A stretch of 64,000 nt of DNA from a virus, in the UHGV virus genome UHGV-0125199. One strand, written 5' to 3'. Position numbers and translations under genes: made by a program. Positions 60,072-64,000 of this stretch are shown one piece after another (position 1 is the first letter of the stretch; every line of letters begins with the position of its first letter). The notes under the pieces were generated by a model. The model worked only from the letters and a program-made list of their open reading frames with translations, made no database searches and was not told the origin of the DNA.

Positions 60072-60656
60072 CTAAACAATCTCGATCTGTTCTCCTGTTA
60101 GCTCTTCCAACTTCTTCCGCATTTCCTCCACGGTCATTTTCTTCGATTCGGCGCGTTCCCAAATGAGTTCGAGGTTGTCATCGTCTAATATGCTCTCTAA
60201 AATTGCTCTTCGGCAAATCTTAAATACCTTCATGATAGTCAATCTAGGATATTCGTTTTCCAAGTTTTCGTTGTATGCACTTAATTCATAATGAGAATCC
60301 TTCCCGACCAAACATTCATCAATTACTAATCTTCTATCTCCGTCTCTGTATTCCACTACCATCCCATCTCTCAAATCTGCCTTTTTAAATTCTTTCTGCA
60401 TGTAATCACCCCATTCCAGGATTTTATACCCTTTGATTTTGTAGTACTCATTGCGTGAGTACTCACCATATCCTGTATAGCATGGTTCACTGAGATGTTT
60501 TCCATATTCTGTACATTCTAAATAACTCTCTCCATTTCTCCACTTCATCCCGTGCTCATGCATTCTCTTGCAAAAGTCTTTCGCCTCTTTCTCGGTCTTG
60601 CAGTGCACCGCAATCTTATTGTCTGTATCCTTAAATTCGTCCCAGTTAAATCTCAT
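60072..60656 (-). CDS. hypothetical protein
   Basis: 194-aa ORF. Confidence 0.3.
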   Translation of the reverse strand: MRFNWDEFKDTDNKIAVHCKTEKEAKDFCKRMHEHGMKWRNGESYLECTEYGKHLSEPCYTGYGEYSRNEYYKIKGYKILEWGDYMQKEFKKADLRDGMVVEYRDGDRRLVIDECLVGKDSHYELSAYNENLENEYPRLTIMKVFKICRRAILESILDDDNLELIWERAESKKMTVEEMRKKLEELTGEQIEIV

Positions 60657-60846
60657 CTTTCTTACCTCATTCTTCCTCTTTTATATATTTTGCTACAAAC
60701 ATCAATGCTCCAACTCCTAGTACAAACCCGTAGAAAAATGCCTCTTCTCCAAGTTCATATAATCTGGCACCGGCTAAACAGGATGTAATCAACCCACCAA
60801 TTGACATTATGTTCCAAAAAGTTTTCTCCATATGTAATTCACCACC

Positions 60847-62328
60847 TTATCCTACAAGTTCATACTTGTTCCTTAAAAATTCACCAATATCATTTACCAT
60901 GTATGTATAATTTTCTTTTTGATCTTTAATATATGTAGAATTTCTGTTAAAGAAACTTCCCATCCACTCAGGAATTTCTAAATCTATGTTTGTTTCAAAG
61001 CTGTACGCAACAACAGCAAGTAAAGAATTCATGTTTTCAGGCTCAAGAAGCTTAGATGAACCGTCAATTTTTTTGTCCTTCCGTAGTTTTTTTACCCAAT
61101 CATTTAAAGAAATCTTGTAAATTTCAACATCTTCACCAATCACATCTTCTTTAACATTTTCTTTGATAAATTCAAGAGCGTTCTGGTCTGAAGAAGCATT
61201 ATCTATTACATTATTCTCTCCCACTTCGACAAGACTTTCTTCATCTTCTTTAATATGTAAATACTCTTTCATAAGAGCAGTTAAGATGTTAATTTTCTCT
61301 TTTAAAATAGCCTTACCTTTTGTATGACGATCCTCATTTAATTTGTCAAATGTTGCTCCATTTACATCTTTTTTATATAAAGACTTTTCAAATTCTTCTA
61401 CAAAATCCTTAAACTTAATATCATCTAATCCAAATTTAGCAAACTCTTTAAACACAGGGATCCAAACAATAACATTTTTTGGCACAAACACTTCTGTGAA
61501 ATTATCTTTGCACACAGATTCAATCCTGCTAAAATATTCATTTACAGTATCAAAGTGTTCTTCCGTTGCGTTCTCATTTAGATATTTGCTCATGTTCTTT
61601 ATTGCACTTTTCCAGTTATCAAAGAAAAACGTTGTCATGACAGATTCACATACAAGTCTTTCTCTAATACCTTTCGATTGCTGCTTACCGGAACAAGACA
61701 TACAATTTTTAAAGAATTTATTTTTCTCAGATATTGTCCTTATTTTTCTTGCATGTAAATCAATATAAGTAAATGCTTTCTGAGATGTATTCATTCCCAA
61801 ATGATTGTTGTATCTTCTCACCAATTTACTAATCTGTGACATCGTACAATGCTGATGTATTGTAATGTCAATCTGATAATCATCAAACATTTTTTTCAAT
61901 TCTGGCGGTAACATTTCATATGTTTTTCTTCTCAAATCATATTCAACAGATTCCCAAATAACTTTTCCGTATTCATCTTTACAGATTTTATTATTTTCAT
62001 CTTTCTTTTTTCTCTGATATTGGATAATTGGATCTTCTAAAGCAGCTGTAATTTTATAGTTTTCATGCTTAAATTTAATCAACGCAGAACTTCTTTGCAT
62101 TCCATCAACAATGTATTGCTGCACAACGTCTTCGTCCAAATCTTCTTCTCCTAAGATAATTGGGGGAATATAATCATCAGTTAATACAGTTTTGATTAAC
62201 TCATTCACCATTCCATTTTCCCAACAAAACAGTCTTTGAACGTCCTGATTATCACTAATATCTTCTTCCACAATCTTTTCTAAATAAGAATCTAGCGATA
62301 ATGTCTTTTTTCTAATTTTCTTTGCCAT
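60847..62328 (-). CDS. DUF262 (ParB/Srx-like, GmrSD N-terminal-type) domain protein
   Basis: 'QRLFCWENGMVNELIKTVLTDDYIPPIILGE...YIVDGMQRSSAL' matches the DUF262 core (DGQQR-type motif). No obvious HNH/DUF1524 C-terminal half. Confidence 0.5.
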   Translation of the reverse strand: MAKKIRKKTLSLDSYLEKIVEEDISDNQDVQRLFCWENGMVNELIKTVLTDDYIPPIILGEEDLDEDVVQQYIVDGMQRSSALIKFKHENYKITAALEDPIIQYQRKKKDENNKICKDEYGKVIWESVEYDLRRKTYEMLPPELKKMFDDYQIDITIHQHCTMSQISKLVRRYNNHLGMNTSQKAFTYIDLHARKIRTISEKNKFFKNCMSCSGKQQSKGIRERLVCESVMTTFFFDNWKSAIKNMSKYLNENATEEHFDTVNEYFSRIESVCKDNFTEVFVPKNVIVWIPVFKEFAKFGLDDIKFKDFVEEFEKSLYKKDVNGATFDKLNEDRHTKGKAILKEKINILTALMKEYLHIKEDEESLVEVGENNVIDNASSDQNALEFIKENVKEDVIGEDVEIYKISLNDWVKKLRKDKKIDGSSKLLEPENMNSLLAVVAYSFETNIDLEIPEWMGSFFNRNSTYIKDQKENYTYMVNDIGEFLRNKYELVG

Positions 62329-62348
62329 GATTATATTCCTCCAATTTT

Positions 62349-62975
62349 TTATTCACACAATAACACTTTTACATTTTCATAAAGACGCATAGTCCCAAGT
62401 ATATTGTCTTTATATTCTCTTTCTGTTATGTTTAATTCTTCAATAATTTCATCTTGAGTGTATCCATCGCATATGAGATCGACCGCCTTTTGTTGCTTAT
62501 AAGATAAATTGCTCTTATACATTTCAATTTTATCTGTTGTGGGGTGAAGTCTATTTATAATTTCCCCTTCTAAATTAAAACCAGAAGAAATGCCTTCTTC
62601 CAACGTGTAATCTTCATCTGGATCAACTTTCATATGTATGGATATATCTGGAATAACTATAGGATTTCCGTCCTTATCTCTCATAATTTTTCCTTTACTA
62701 TCTGTTACAAGATTACATCTTTTAAACCTTATACAATCTCTTTTCCACGTTTCTTTTCTTCTTACAAGGTTTCCATAGAAATATGTACTAAATTTACAAT
62801 TTTTCGACTCATCATATGTATCCATACTCTTCAGAAGAATATCGACAGCTTTATCATAATAATCATCCCAATACATTTTCGGGATATTTGTTTTGGAAAT
62901 GATTTTGTCGCATATTTTACGAATTTTTTTCATGTCATTTCCGATATAATCTTCGAGAATTTTATTCTTGTCCAT
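62349..62975 (-). CDS. sigma-factor-like protein (region-4 HTH)
   Basis: C-terminal 'LSYKQQKAVDLICDGYTQDEIIEELNITEREY' sigma region 4/LuxR-like HTH. Confidence 0.35.
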   Translation of the reverse strand: MDKNKILEDYIGNDMKKIRKICDKIISKTNIPKMYWDDYYDKAVDILLKSMDTYDESKNCKFSTYFYGNLVRRKETWKRDCIRFKRCNLVTDSKGKIMRDKDGNPIVIPDISIHMKVDPDEDYTLEEGISSGFNLEGEIINRLHPTTDKIEMYKSNLSYKQQKAVDLICDGYTQDEIIEELNITEREYKDNILGTMRLYENVKVLLCE

Positions 62976-63005
62976 CTTTATAAACCTCTCACAATGTCAC
63001 AATAT

Positions 63006-63704
63006 TTATGTATGTTCCTCATCAAAGAAGTCATCGTCTTCAATGATTCTTATCTCAAATCTTCTAGTACCAAGACGATTAAAAGTTTTTTCGATGTTCT
63101 TAATCCCAATCGTACATTTTGTATTATCCAGGACGGATTGAATAATTACCAACTCATCTTTAATCTGTCTTCGTTTTTCAAGAATTTCTTTTTCCAACTT
63201 ATATAATTTGTATCCATCACAGCCTGACTTCCACTTTTCTAATTCAATCTGATGCATACAGTTTGACAATTCACGATCAACATTTGCCAATTTTTTATGT
63301 AATACTGTTCTTCTTCTCGTAGCGCCTTCCACAAATTCGCTACACTGTCTTGATTTTTCGATCCACTGTACAACCTCATCGCACGGTATGTACGAATCTT
63401 TTCTTATGTATTTCTTCTCTTCTGATTGCACATTATCTGTTTTTGTTTTGTCCTGAAGAACTTCCTGTTCAGATTGTGGAGCAGGTTTTACTTTAAAATG
63501 AAAGTTCTTCAATACTTTTGGAAGATTCTTTAGAATATTATCAGCTTTATCCTTTTCAAATACTTGAGCGTTGCGTTTAGAACAAGTTACCGGAGAACCT
63601 TCAGGACTTAACCTGATGTACAATTTGTCGTTTGTCACGACATAATTCATTTCAACCACCCTTCCTTTTTTACTTTTCATTGCGTTATTCACTACATTTG
63701 ACAT
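63006..63704 (-). CDS. hypothetical protein
   Basis: 232-aa ORF. Confidence 0.3.
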   Translation of the reverse strand: MSNVVNNAMKSKKGRVVEMNYVVTNDKLYIRLSPEGSPVTCSKRNAQVFEKDKADNILKNLPKVLKNFHFKVKPAPQSEQEVLQDKTKTDNVQSEEKKYIRKDSYIPCDEVVQWIEKSRQCSEFVEGATRRRTVLHKKLANVDRELSNCMHQIELEKWKSGCDGYKLYKLEKEILEKRRQIKDELVIIQSVLDNTKCTIGIKNIEKTFNRLGTRRFEIRIIEDDDFFDEEHT

Positions 63705-63862
63705 GATTTTCTAAAAAATTGCATCAGAAATAAGCGTTTAGAAACTTGTCCACACGATTGAACTTCTCATGGCTAAAGCCACGAGATTCTTGGGAACTCT
63801 TTTCTATTGAAAAGATATTTACCAAGCTAACTCGATAGTTCCTACCGTTATTATTTATTTCG
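63705..63862 (-). ncRNA. Putative omega-RNA / right-end region of a second TnpB element
   Basis: Follows tnpB-2 stop; contains 8-bp hairpin CTCATGGC-taaa-GCCACGAG; no ORF. Confidence 0.3.
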
Positions 63863-64000
63863 TTACGCTACTTCTAATATCCTTAATCCTTCATTTAGAA
63901 TATTTATCGCAGCATTTATATCTCTATCGTGATGAGTATGGCAACAAGGACAATCCCATTCTCTAACATTAAGATTTTTAGTTTCTTTATTCACATATCC
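63863..64000 (-). CDS. tnpB: Second TnpB-like protein, C-terminal fragment (gene continues past the window edge)
   Basis: Minus-strand translation '...[33 protein letters not shown]' is a canonical TnpB Zn finger plus RuvC-III. No Met start inside the window, so absent from the ORF track. Confidence 0.6.
   Translation of the reverse strand, partial: GYVNKETKNLNVREWDCPCCHTHHDRDINAAINILNEGLRILEVA

Overview
This AT-rich 64 kb window looks like part of a large virulent phage genome from a low-GC (Firmicutes-type) host. Almost every gene is on the minus strand in a tightly packed, co-directional chain. Recognisable content, listed from high to low coordinates:
- TnpB-associated CRISPR-like locus: a TnpB/Cas12-like RuvC nuclease gene (58034..59167 plus 57763..58062, split by a one-nucleotide frameshift in an A5 run), a ~200 nt structured non-coding scaffold, then a CRISPR-like array (57191..57555) of four perfect 32-nt repeats, two degenerate distal repeats, and unique 34-35 nt spacers. 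A second, canonical TnpB 3' end with a structured omega-RNA-like tail sits at the window edge (63863..64000).
- Apparent counter-defence modules:
  - a four-gene NAD+ salvage cluster (NadE, a type II phosphoribosyltransferase, Prs, PncA);
  - an RNA end-healing and sealing pair (P-loop kinase fused to an HD phosphohydrolase, and an Rnl2/Rnl5-like RNA ligase with a tRNA-binding OB domain);
  - a DHH/DHHA1 phosphoesterase, CCA-adding enzyme and second nucleotidyltransferase trio next to a tRNA-Met(CAU) that lacks an encoded CCA;
  - a Lar-like protein, a DUF262 protein and a circularly permuted C5 cytosine methyltransferase.
- DNA replication and nucleotide metabolism: Pol III alpha, DnaB-like helicase, DnaG-like primase, Dda/RecD-like helicase, NAD-dependent ligase LigA, PD-(D/E)XK nuclease, AAA_24 ATPase, dUTPase, NrdG, NrdD split by two group I introns (one carrying an HNH homing endonuclease), guanylate-kinase-like protein, ThyX and FolD.
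- Other: two sigma-70-like proteins, an SPFH membrane protein, and many small hypothetical proteins.
The TnpB/Cas12-like locus is the most novel-looking feature.
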